Shown here: positions 35,107 to 46,716 of the stretch, piece by piece | Layout: the number at the start of each line of letters is the position of its first letter | How positions within the stretch are numbered: the stretch's first letter is position 1 | Source of the DNA: Emiliania huxleyi CCMP1516 | Lineage: Eukaryota | DNA: 64,000 nucleotides | Assembly (NCBI RefSeq): GCF_000372725.1 | Contig: NW_005201613.1 | Span: 278,290-342,289 of the forward strand | Direction: 5' to 3' | Notes under the pieces: generated by a model | Database searches by the model: none | What the model saw: the letters and a program-made list of their open reading frames with translations, nothing else | Told to the model about the DNA's origin: nothing | Program-made: the position numbers and the translations under genes

Positions 35107-35934
35107 ATGGCGCCTTTGGAACCGACCGAGATCTCATTAGGTCTACTCGAGTATTCGTGCACGCCAAAATCGGATAGGATTCCTCGGGCTCAGCATTCGA
35201 TGAAGAGAGCCTTCTCATGCCCGAACCTGGTGCTCGTCGAGAAGTATAGCACGGGGGGAGAAGGGTGTGACACCAGCGAGGGCAGCGAGGACAGCGAGGA
35301 TCTGGCATCAACTCGATACGATTCGCCGAGCCCCCTCCCGATTTTCGTCGCCCGTTCGCAATCGCTCAGCCCTGCCGTTGTCCCGCCCGTTGTCCACGCC
35401 TCGTTGAACACCGATGACGATGTCACCGCCCGCCACGGCTGGCCAACCGCCAAGAGGTCGCTCACCGCCTGCTTCGCGCACCGCCACCTGCCTCCGCCGC
35501 CCGACGCCAAACCTGCCTCTCCGATTCTCCGTCGAGTGATTAGCCTGCCCTTGGCTTGGGCGGAGATGAGGACGTCGCCGACCAACGACTTCGAGGAGGT
35601 CCTCGCGGCTACCAGCTCTCTCTCCCCCTCGTCCTCGAGGAGGTCCTCGCTCTCCTCGTCACCGCTCGGACCGGTGCGCGGCGCGAGGCCCAGTTCCAGT
35701 TCGGACCTGGAGCAGGTCGCCGTCCGAACCGGTTTCCGCCGCAATGTCTCCTTTGGCGAGGGCGTCGAGCTCGAGGTGACGCGCCCCCCTCTCCCACAGC
35801 CTCGCCGCCCCTCTTCTCTCCCTTGGCCTCCCGCCCCCCTGCCACACAGCAGTGGCCGACGCCCCTCCCCCTTTTCTGGAATGCGCAGAGCACCTTCCTC
35901 GTTCCGGATACTCACTACTCCTCGCAGAGCTTGA
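35107..35934 (+). CDS. Hypothetical Ser/Pro-rich protein
   Basis: 275-aa ATG-started ORF, low complexity, no domain recognised. Confidence 0.35.
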   Translation: MAPLEPTEISLGLLEYSCTPKSDRIPRAQHSMKRAFSCPNLVLVEKYSTGGEGCDTSEGSEDSEDLASTRYDSPSPLPIFVARSQSLSPAVVPPVVHASLNTDDDVTARHGWPTAKRSLTACFAHRHLPPPPDAKPASPILRRVISLPLAWAEMRTSPTNDFEEVLAATSSLSPSSSRRSSLSSSPLGPVRGARPSSSSDLEQVAVRTGFRRNVSFGEGVELEVTRPPLPQPRRPSSLPWPPAPLPHSSGRRPSPFSGMRRAPSSFRILTTPRRA

Positions 35935-36286
35935 GCCGCGCCTATGGCGAGCCTTCCTCGTTGTCCGACAGCATGGTCGGCAAATTCCTCACCGTCATAG
36001 GCGTTGTGCCATAAGCCCTACCGTAGAGCCTCTTTTCCTAGACGTAGAGAGCACAAGCCATTTTGGCACATGCATGCCCATGGCCATACCGCATACGCGC
36101 TGTAGATCATGCAATTGCTTGTAGACTTGTCGTGGAGGCGCGAATCCATGTGGGCGCGAGAGAGCAGCAATAAAAAGAATTTCGTGCGCCGAAAAGCTTA
36201 AAAAATAATACAATCCAATCCTCTCGACTCTATCGTGAGCCTGCAGTCTCGTGTCGAGCGTCGAGGGTCGAGGGTTCTAGAGACTG

Positions 36287-38936
36287 CTACAACTCGTCCC
36301 GCGGCGCGACTTTGTCGTGCCCATCCCCTCCACCCCCCTGCCGCCGCTGCGCCCCCCCGATCCGCTGCGCCACGAGCAGCGCCGCATTCGCCCCGCTCAC
36401 CGCTACCACCTCCATGGCCGACGTCGCGGCCTCGACGGCCGACGGGTGCAGGAGCAGCGCGCCTAAAAAGAAACACAGCGCGGGGGTGAGTCCTGTTTCC
36501 GACACCTCCGAAGGGTGCAGGGGCAGAGCGAGCCGGCCGCGGTCTCGTGCAGCACGAAGGTGCCGAGCCCACTCGGCCGGGGTCGGCTCACCTATGACCG
36601 AGTCCGGAGAGCCGGTCGATTGGCCAGCGAGGGGGGAGGGCTGCGACCAGCTAGGGGCGGCGCGGATCGCCTGCTCATTCACGAATCGATGCATTCACCG
36701 ATGAATGAAGGAGTGGTCACATGGGCGATACCCCCTTCGAGGGCGGCTCGCCGGGTACGCGCCGGGAGCATCCCACACGTGCCGCCGCGTGAGGGCGTCG
36801 TCGTGGCAGAGAAAGAGCGGCGCGAGGCGCTCCTCCGACAGCGCGTCGCGCGAGAAGAGCTTCCACCGCGGGGTCGGCGACGTTGCGTACAGCCGGTCGC
36901 ACGCGCCGGGGGAGCGGGAGGGGCCTGCCGAGAGATAGCCGAGTTTATAGCCGAGAGATGGCCGACAGATGGCCGAGAGATGGCCGAGAGATGGCCTGGC
37001 GGCGCTGCCTCGCCGAACCGCCCGATCGAGAGGAAGGGAACGTCGGCGTCGGCCGCGGTCAGCAGGTCCGAAAAGGCGGCGTTGAAGGCAAGCGCTTCCT
37101 CCTCCGTGCTAGCGCCGTCGTCTGCCTCGCCGTCCGCGCGGGCGCGGAAGAAGGCGGGGTCGAGCAGCCTAGCGGGGAATCGAGGGGAAAGGAAAGGAAT
37201 CGAGGGAGAATCTAGACGAAACTTGGAAGGGACTTGGCGACCACAGCGGGAGACGGGGCCGAATACGTCCATGAGTGCGTCGTCCGCTTCTAGGGTCCAG
37301 CAGCCCCCAAACCAGCGTCACGTGAAGTCGCTGGTACTCCAACAGAGAGCATCGCTGCAGCAGACCGCCGCCGTCCGGTGCGGCGGCGCAAGGGGCAGAG
37401 TAGATGACGTGGTCGTAGGTCGCCGCCCCCTCCTCCCCCGCGGCGCCTGTGTACGAGAGCTCGGGCACCACTATTCAAACGATTAAGTCCCCCCCCCCCC
37501 CCCTTTTCCTGGCGGTGCCTGTGTACGAGAGGGTCAGCCGACCCCCTTCGCCCTCCCGCACCGCCCTGACGCTGTGCGACGTGCGGACCGTCGCATTCGA
37601 GGCCGCCAGCAGGCCGCGCGCGAGCGCGCCTAATTCAATTGTCATCAGCTCAGAACCTTTCAGAATCATCCACGCCAGCAGGCCGCGGCGCGAGCGCGCC
37701 GTTGCCGCCGACGACGCTGAACGCTGCCGACGAGCCGCCGGCGGCCAGCGGCGCCACGGCGGTGAAGCAGCAGAGGGCTCCGCTCGGTGCCCAAGCCTAG
37801 CAGTAGCATGAACTGATCCACTGATTCATCAACTCATTGATTGAGCTGTGGTACGCTCTGCGCCCAACCCTACCCACAGCCGACGCCAGGAGGCGCTACT
37901 GAGTGGGACCAAGGTGTGGGCCCGGTGGGCTCGGGGTGCTAACGCCTGCCCGCTGCTTCTCTTCCACCTGGTGGTGCGATGGGCTCCCCCCGTGGGGAGA
38001 GGCCAGCGTGCTGGCGGCTGCCCTCTGTAGCACCAGGTGTGCAAAGGAAAGAGGGGGCTCGGGGTGCTAACGCCTGCCCGTAGTTGTTGTGCATGAGTCC
38101 AGCCACCAGCTCCTCCACCAGCCGGCCCTCGCCTGTTCACGGCCACAGCCGTGAAGAGACGCTGTTCACAGCCACCAGCTCCTCCACCGCCGGCCCTCGC
38201 CCTCGCCCCCTACCCCCGCCTCCGCCATCGCCGCTGCGCAGGTCATGCGGGGCCACGCCTCCAAGCCCGCCTTCGTTAGCAGCAACCAACTAATTAGCTA
38301 ACAAAGGAAGGGCATGCAGGCCAACGCCGCTGTGCTCGCCGCGGCAAGCAGGTCGTCGGCCTCGCGGAAGGCGCGCCTGGCGGATGAAACTCAACCAAAG
38401 AGTTCACTGATGTGAAGTGCGTGTGTATTTGGTCGCTGGCCCTCGCGGAAGGCGCGCCCGGCGGCTTGCGCCTCGTACAGCCGCGAAAAGTTGGAGATGA
38501 ACTCGGACCCCCGCCGCCGAAGCCGGTGGAGTGGCCGCAGCCCGTACCGCGAGAGCAGCCGCCAGGCGGTCTGCACGCCGGATGGCGCCTCCTCGAACAC
38601 AATCCGCCCGTTCGCGCCCACGATACCGAGCCTCCCGCCTCCGCGACCGCGTGCTTCACTGCGCAGCTGCCTGGAGAGGCCGAGTGCAGTCGCGGCCTCT
38701 GCAACGTACCGGTTCTGCACGATGGCCATCGAGGCGCCAAGCTCCACGGAGGCGTCACCCTCGCCGGTGTCGAGCGTCCTCCCGCCGACGGCCGATGACC
38801 TCTCGTATACGTCGATACGCACCGCCGGTGAAGCATTGCGCAGCCACCAGGCGGCAAAGGCGCCGCCGATGCCGCCGCCGATGATTGCCACGGAGGGAGT
38901 CGGTTGGATCGGCTGGGGCGCCTGCGACGCCAGCAT
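36287..38936 (-). CDS. Prenylcysteine oxidase/lyase-like flavoprotein, multi-exon, C-terminal RDEL
   Basis: VAIIGGGIGG..DVYERSSAVGGR..VELGAS; LMHNNYGQ; YQRLHVTLVWG; WKLFSR; AVEAATSAMEVVAVSGANAALL; ends RDEL*. Confidence 0.82.
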
Positions 38937-39363
38937 GTCGTCGCTCGCAGGCACAGAATTTTTTTATCCTACCAAAAAGCTAGGCCCATAACGCCCTCTA
39001 TGGAGAGATTTTTTCAAATTCTAAGCCGCTCCCTGTGTGGTGGCGGCGTGCCGTCCTCCCATGGGGCCACCAAAAATGTCAGCAGAGTCTCCTACGGGAA
39101 TGTACGTAAGAGCTACATAGACTGAAAATCGCACTATTCTCGACGCGCGTCGAGATCCAAAACTCGACGCAGCCAAACTCCAAGCCCAAATCTGGCCAGC
39201 CCCATTCCTACCAACCGTCGGCTTTCGCCGCTTCCCGTTTCCTTGAGCACCAGGATGACAGAACTGGCATTGTGCAATCACCGTAATTTTATTCTTTTCG
39301 AGCGCCGTGGACTGACGTGGACTGCCGGCTCGATGCCGGCGGTCGACAACTGCCGTTCGAGCA

Positions 39364-41511
39364 GCGTCGGTTACCGCCGGCAAGATGAACTCACCTGAAG
39401 CTGAGCCGCGGCATGCCGCCCCGCCTGCGGCGTGCCGCCCCGCATGTGTAATGCAGCCCGAGCCAGTCGGCGCCCTCCAGGACGACAGCCTTCTCCTCTC
39501 CATCGCCGCGCACCCGCACCTCCTCTCCTCCCTCCTCCTCGCGCTGCCCGCCGCCGACATCGCTCGTCTGCTGTCCGTCTGCCCGTCTCTCCGCGCCGAC
39601 GCCGCCACGCTCCTGCCCATGACGATGCGGCTCCGCGGCGTGACGCCCGGCTCGTCGCTCCGCGTTGTCTCGCGCGCCGAGGCGGCGCTGCTGCACGAGG
39701 ACTTCTCCTCGGGCTTCTCCTCTCGCTGGGAGCGCGGCCCGTCGGCGCCGCCGCCCAGCCGCGCGGCCTACCGCCTTCTCGAGGTGACCCCAGGCCCTTC
39801 CCGGGGCGGCGGAGCCAGCTCGTCCGCTCCGGGTCGCGAGGCGCCTCTGGGCAGCTCAGCTGTCAGCTTCTCCCTCCCCCTCGCGCCGGGCTGCCGTGCC
39901 TTGCACGCCCCTTCTTCGCAGCAGCAGGGCGAGAGGGCGGAGGTGCTCCTGCTCGCAAAGGCGGCGGCGGGCAGCCTGCACGCGGCGTGGCGGGGCGTGG
40001 CGCAGTGGTGGGTTCAGCCCGCCGGCGACTTCCGTGGCGCCGCCTTTCGCGCCAGCGCCTCTGACCTCGTCCTCACCTTCCACCCGTCCTGGCAGCGCGG
40101 GGCTGCGTGGAGGCCGAGGTCGCATTCCAGCATTGCCACGACACCGCATATGCCTCCGTAGGGACCCGCCGCGGCCGCGCCATTTCCTGCGCGTCTGCGG
40201 CGGCTGGCACATGAACTTTAGCGGCTGCGTCCGCGAGTTTGGAGGCGCGGTGAGGCCCGGCCGCATCTCCTTCTCGTTCAGCCTCGCGCGCAAGAGCAGC
40301 ACGCGCGCCTTCTTCAACGTCTACCTGTCGTCCGCGGCGGAGCGATACGCGGACGAGGTTCGCCGTTGCACTCTTTCGCCCCAGAGAGGCGCGTTGCGGA
40401 CCTACCCGCGTCTTTCTTTCTTCCCCACAGGCGGTCTTTTACGCCGGCAGCCCGGACCACCCGCCCAGCCCGCCCGACGTCTTCACCTTCCTGGCGGGCA
40501 CGCGGCTGGCTGCTCGCGACGGCTCGGCCGGGCTCATCGAGCGCACAGTTTACGAGACGGAGAACCAGCTGTGGCTGCCGTCAGGGCACAACGGATCCTG
40601 TCGAATCCGGCAGCCAGGGGCGCTCAAGGAGGGGCACGGCCCATTGCAAGACTTCCTGAGCCAGGAGGAGGCCGTGCAAGGCGACGGCTGGCAGCGCGTC
40701 CAGATGGAGTTCGACTGGGCAGCGATGCGCGTGCACTGCTTTGTCAACGGGGAGGTGATGCGGAAAGAAAATGCCTTTTTGCCAGGAGTGAGTAGACTCG
40801 AACAGCTTGCCGGACTGATTGGGCCAGAAGCGCTCCCGTTTGGGCCAGAAGCGCACGAGACGGTCAGCGAGGATGAGGGCGGGGCGCTGCACGCCTCGCT
40901 GCGGGGCGGCTTTCGGCGGATCTACCTCTTCACCTGGCTTGAGGCGGACGGCGACCCCGAGGAGGCGCCCGAGGTGCGGATCGGNNNNNNNNNNNNNNNN
41001 NNNNNNNNNNNNNNNNNNNNNNNNNNNNNNNNNNNNNNNNNNNNNNNNNNNNNNNNNNNNNNNNNNNNNNNNNNNNNNNNNNNNCGCCCTCGCCGAGGCC
41101 GGGGAGACGGCGGCGCTGGTGCGTGTCTGGGACGCGCTAGGCGGCAGCAAGGGTGCGTCGCCCGCGACATGGCTCGCTGTCGAAGCGTTGCACGCCCGGC
41201 CGAAGCACCTCCTCCCGGGATCCGGGGCGCTTCGGCTTCCGGCGCAATCCGTCCGGGCGCTGCCTCCCGCGCGGCGGCTGCATAAGATCTGCAAGGGCAG
41301 GCGGATGTCGGCGCGCAGTGCCGGGGCGCAGGAACACGTCGCAAACGGGCTGGCGTGGGTGGCCGCTCAGCGCGCTGCCGGGCGCTCGCTCGAGGCGGGC
41401 GGCGGGCGGGCGCGCTCGTTGCTGGCCAAGGAGCTGCGAAAGGCCCTCGGCATCAACCTCGAGATCGCACGGGGGCTCGTGACGACGCTCAAGAGGAAGA
41501 AGGTTCTGTGA
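39364..41511 (+). CDS. Hypothetical multi-exon protein with an F-box-like N-terminal segment; contains a gap
   Basis: Coding-like exons (LLALPAADIARLLSVCPSLR; HFLRVCGGWHMNF; WQRVQMEFDW). No confident family. Confidence 0.4.
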
Positions 41512-42423
41512 AACCGGGCGCACGAAACCAGTACAATCCATGCAGAGAACAAGTGAAGTCTGTGAAGAGGGTCACAGCTCACACGAAACGGCAAGGACAG
41601 AGTGACACACGACAGACACACCGCGTGAAGTCCGAAGACCGTGCCCGCTCGAGGCTCGTTGTGCGAGTATATGGGACACGATGTCTCAAATATGAGAGGT
41701 TTTGACTCCTACCGGCTCCTGACGCTATCCCTGGCAGCTCTAATGACCAGGATCAGTAGTGCTATGATAGAGGGTGCCCATACTAGCGCAGGAGCTGCCA
41801 CACTCGCCCGGACCGGCTCCCTCTGGGGCCGGTTCCGCAGCCCGTGAGAGCCGACAGCGGGGCCGTGCCGCGGGTGCCTACTGCCGAGTGCCACAAACAC
41901 TGCGCCGTCCCGCCATCACCTACAGGCTGTCTTGTGTGATGGTTGGGATGTCCAAACGCCACCATCTTGGCTCTTGCGACCTCAAACCCGCGAGCTGTAT
42001 GGGTGGTCCTGACGTCGACAGACGCCCGATGACCACGGTGAAGCTGAGCTGGAACGAGTCGACAAGTCTCGTCTGAGCCCGTGGCGGTCGCCGGCTGAGT
42101 CGCTGTGCACGGGCCGGTACCTCAGGCGTCACCTCCGCAGCCTCAGGTCTCACACTCCATCACCTCCGCCGGGACGCCTTCGGTGTCACGCTCGGCGGCG
42201 AGTTTGTGGCAGCTCCATCTCGAGTACGGCGTCGAGCCTACTCACTCCTGTTGGATCTGTGCACTCCCTGGGTCCCACTGAGTGCACAGAACGCGCGAGC
42301 GGTGCGTCCCGGCAGCCCGCGCTGGCTGCGGAGCTGCCACAAACTCGAGAAACGCTTTTTGGGACATTTTCGACGCTTTTGTCCCATATACTCGCACAAC
42401 ATGCCGCCAGACACGTTGATGGC

Positions 42424-43656
42424 CTGAGCCCTGGTGTCGAGGTGTCGAGGCCCGGTGTCGAGGGTGTCGAGCTGCTGTCGAGGGATAGAGGTGTCGAGGC
42501 CTGTCGAGGCCTGTCGAGGCCTGTCGAGGCCTGTCGAGGCCTGTCGAGGCTGAAACCATGCTTGTCCGTGTCGAGGAGTGTCGAGGGGTGTCGAGGGGTG
42601 TCGAGGGTGTCGAGGGTGTCGAGGGTGTCGAGGGTGTCGAGCGGGTGTCGAGCGGGTGTCGAGTGTTGTCAAGAGGCGTCTGAGGTATCGAGGTGTCCAA
42701 GGTGGCAGGTGGATGCAGTTGCAGCCCATCAACATACAACAAAAGTTGGGCAGCAGTTGCAAAGCTGTTTCATCCCTTAGTTGCAGCCTCAGTTGCACCC
42801 TGTTGATGTAGCACAACCTGAGCACAACCAGTATACTCTCTGTGGACATTTGAGGACATCAAGTGCCGGGAGTCATTGCCACTGTGCACCAAGGTGCTGT
42901 GCAGGCGCAGCACCGCAGCAGCGTCGCTGCTGCAGCAGCGTCGCTGCTGCAGCGTCACCGGCGCACAAAGCGCAACTGACCACAGCGCTCATGGCACAAG
43001 GCTGGTGCCATGAGTCAGTGGACATTGCCACTGCACAAGGTGCTGTCCAGCAGCTAAGGGCTACAGTACCCCATCGCAGCAGCGTCGCCGCCGCTGCAGC
43101 GTCGCCGTTGCAGCGTCGCCAGTGCACAAAGCGCAATGGACCACAGGTCTGCACTCATGGCACAAGCTCACTGGTGTGAGGATTCATTGCCACTGTACAA
43201 GGTGCTGTGCAGCACCTTAGGGCTACCTGAGTACTGCCATGTTTGCTGCATCAACAGGGGTGCAACTGAGCTGCTACTTGAGCTAGAACTTGAGAGGCTG
43301 CAACTCAGGGATGAAAGTACTGCCAGCCAAGTTTGATTGCTGCTGCAACCCTGATTTCTAACTCTGTGACTCCAATGGGTCTACGTCTCTGCTGTGTTAG
43401 GATCATCAGAGGTGTCGAGCGGTGTCGAGCGGTGTCGAGCGGTGTCGAGCGGTGTCGAGGTGTCGAGTTTGGCACCTTGACACGGACGAGCATGGTTTCA
43501 GCCTAGATGGTGTCGAGGGGTGTCGAGGGGTGTCGAGGGGTGTCGAGGGGTGTCGAGGGGTGTCGAGGGGTGTCGAGTTTGTCGAGTTGGCATGGGTTGT
43601 CGAGGTGTCGAGTCGGTGTCGAGGTTTGGTGTCGAGGTGTCGAGGCCAGGGCTCAG
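42424..43656. mobile_element. Non-autonomous DNA transposon, 1233 bp, 11-bp TIRs, 8-bp TSD, subterminal GTGTCGA arrays
   Basis: TIR CTGAGCCCTGG at 42424-42434 / CCAGGGCTCAG at 43646-43656. TSD TTGATGGC at 42416-42423 and 43657-43664. Confidence 0.9.
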
Positions 43657-44099
43657 TTGATGGCTTGAGATTGCCGCACACCACGAGTAATAAATAAATA
43701 AATAAATAAAAACGGACACGCTCTCTACTGTGAGATGGGTAAAAACACAAAAGGAACAGGTCGCCGCCCTTGCGATCTTTGTGCAGGGTTCTTTGTGGGT
43801 GTGGTCGGCGACTAGCCGGGGTCGTCCTCCCGATGGGGGACTAGCACTAGCCGTCGAGTACGGCTTTATAATCGCGTAATATTAATAGCGCCTATTAATT
43901 GTTGCAAAGACCACCTTTGCCGCGCGCATCACGCAGACGTTGGCATCCCTCTTCTCCCTGTGCAGAAGCCAGAACGAGCATCGACTGCTCGAAAATTCGG
44001 GAATATCGCAAGGAATCTGGGCGTCATGGGTGGGTCGGCGTGCGAGCAACCCCTCGACCGGAGTATAGTACATCGCGCCGAGATTAGATTATTATGTCT

Positions 44100-44920
44100 A
44101 AATCTTGTCACTTGTGTTGAGCCACACTGTAGCGGGGGGCCCCGCCGGAGGCTGGTTACTGATCGCTTTCGGCAACACCGAATCATTCTACCGGAACATG
44201 GTCCATGGGGCATGGGCCCTACTGCGAGGAGGAGGGGGGGAGGGGGGGGGAGGGAGAGGGGGGGGGAGAGGAGGAGGGGGGGGGGGAGGGGGAGGGGTAC
44301 CGGGGGGCGGCATGGAGGGGGAGAGGAAGAGCATGGGCGAGAGAGGGCAAGGGACCGGGCGCTGGCATACCAGGGGGGCAGGGTGGTGGGCGGCGACCGC
44401 CGCATACCGTCCTACAGCGGGGACTATCGCTACGCCAGGGAAGACAAGGACGTTGAAGTGCAGTTGCTGTTGTTCGAATCGTTCGGCGGGTTCGGGAAGG
44501 GGGTCCGCGAGATCCTCTGGAAGGCGGCGGACGTGCTACAGAACAAGCTGACGCGGGCCCAGTACCTCGATGAGGTGACTTGGACCACTAAGAATTGGCT
44601 GGGGCTGCAGAAGCAGCGTATCTCGGTCGTTCTTCACACGGCAATTGCAGAGCAGATTGTGAATGAGCTTGCCTGTGGCGGGGGTGGGCGGGTGCACGGA
44701 GCTAAGTGCCTCGCCGCCCTCGTGGGAGTCGCTTGGTGGCTCCCGTTGTGTACCTGTACCTGTGTTAGTGCCAGTGCGCGCCAGTCCCGGCGTGCCCAGT
44801 CGTGCGAGGGAATTTGGTTGTAAAATTCTTTTTGGCTACATTTTTTGTCGCCGCCTGGGTTTCTATGTTTTTGGGTTTGGGGTTTCGGCTCTTCTCTTCT
44901 CTTTGTTTATTTATTTATAT
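44100..44920 (+). mobile_element. 3' fragment of an RLE-type (CRE-like) non-LTR retrotransposon, frameshifted
   Basis: IAFGNTE...GDYRYA...LLLFESFGGFG...QKQRISVVLH resembles the RLE C-terminus (ExFGG..QRxSV). Followed by a T-rich 3'UTR ending TTTATTTATTTA. Confidence 0.7.
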
Positions 44921-45084
44921 GGCTGGGACGTATGTCTGTCCTCGACAGAAGCCGACAAAACAAGAACATGATGTGTGAAAATCTCTCAGAGCCGTCCGAA
45001 AAAAACTTCTGCCGGGTCCGGGGAATGGTTTTTTGCGAGTTGAGAGAGTTGTGTGATCGACTTTGGGACGCACGATCGGTACCT

Positions 45085-46033
45085 ATGTCTTCCAACGAGC
45101 CACAGCCAGAGGCGCCGTACGTGGACGCGGTGTTGCGAGGCGACGAAGCGGCGGTGCGTTCGTGGCTCGAGAGAGGCGGGCGAGCAAACACCGCGCGCGA
45201 GGATGGCGAAGTAATCGGCGTTACCCTGCTGATGGACGCCGCCAGCCAGGGCCACGAGCGGGTGGCTGCCTTGCTGCTGCAGCACGGCGCGGAGATCGAC
45301 CAGCAGGACAGCGGCGGCAGCACCGCACTGACAAGCGCCGCCTACAATGGCCACGAGCGGGTGGTCGAGTTGCTGCTGCGGCATGGCGTGAAGGTCAACG
45401 TGCAAGATAGCAACGGCTTCACCGCGCTGATGGGCGCCGCCGCCAGCGGCCACGAGCGCGTGGTCGAATTGCTGATTCGGCACGGCGCGGAGATCGACAA
45501 GCAGGACGGCATCGGCGGCACCGCGCTGATGGGCGCCGCCTACTACGGCCACGAGCGGGTGGTCGACATGCTGCTTCAGCGTGGCGCGGAGATCAACCTG
45601 CAGAAGAGCAACGGCGTCACCGCGCTGATGCTCGCTGCCCAGGAGGGCCACGAGCGGGTGGTCGAGTTGCTGCTTCGGCGCGGTGCGGAGATCAACGTGC
45701 AGGACAACAAAGACCAGACCGCGCTGATGTATTCCGCCCTCAACGGCCACAAGCGAGTGGTTGAGATATGCTGCTACAGCGCGGCGCAGAGATCGACGTC
45801 CAGGACGGCAAAGGCTACACCGCGCTGGTGGTGCCGCTACGACCGGCCACGAGCGAGTGGTCGAGCTGCTGCTTCAACACGGCGCGGATGTCAACCTGCA
45901 GATCAGCGACGGCGCCATTGCGCTGGTGGTCGCCGCCGGCGTGGGCAACGAGCGGGTGGTCGAGTTGCTGCTTCAACACGGCGCGGATGCCACGGTCCCC
46001 AGAGACACAGATGTGTATACTGTTGTAGCCTAA
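45085..46033 (+). pseudogene. Ankyrin-repeat gene with frameshifts near 45765 and 45835
   Basis: About 8 canonical GxTALMxAAxxGHERVVELLLxxGA repeats; the last repeats continue in shifted frames. Confidence 0.75.
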
Positions 46034-46716
46034 AGTCTGCACAGGTTAGTCAGGACACGATCCCGGCGTGAACACGACTAACTGACGGATCCGCTCCTGA
46101 CAGTCGCACGCGCCGCGCTGAGGCGCCGTGGCGCGTGCGACTGTCTTTGTTTGAAGTCAAAAGTCGAATCAGAGCGTTGTCGGCGTTGTCCTGAGTTTTC
46201 TCCCCCGGACCGCCCAACCGGGACCGCTCCGGGACGCACGCCGGCGAAACACCATCAAGCTGCTGTATGGCCCCGGCATCGCCTTCCCAGGCTTAGCTAG
46301 ACTGAGAGATATTGTGGACATGATTGGTCTCTACAATATATACACTGACACTGAACCTCCCAGAGCTCGTTCTGGTCCGCCACGGCCATCCTCGGCCTCC
46401 GGAGGGCCCCCGGCCGCGGCGCGGTGCGGCGGCGTCACAAATCCGACCACAGAGCACCGGGACGCGGTCGGGCGATCTGAGGTCCAACTAGGCGTATGCA
46501 TTCCCCACATCCAGGGCTATCACCTGGACCTATCAACAGGCCCCTGGGCGCCGTGCTCAGGAGCTACTGCTCCAACCTGTTCACAGCCTTGTTATTGAGA
46601 AGAAAATACCTCCTATGGCGCTGTGCGCTGGCCTGTGAGAGTTCACAGCCTTCGAAAATACCTGGTATGGCGCTGGGCGGCCCTCCTCCCGACGCCTCGC
46701 TCTTCCTTCCACACAT

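Noticed and set aside
42434..43645. GTGTCGA arrays as a CRISPR array
   Set aside because: Units are 7-10 bp with no unique spacers and no cas genes; explained as transposon subterminal repeats.
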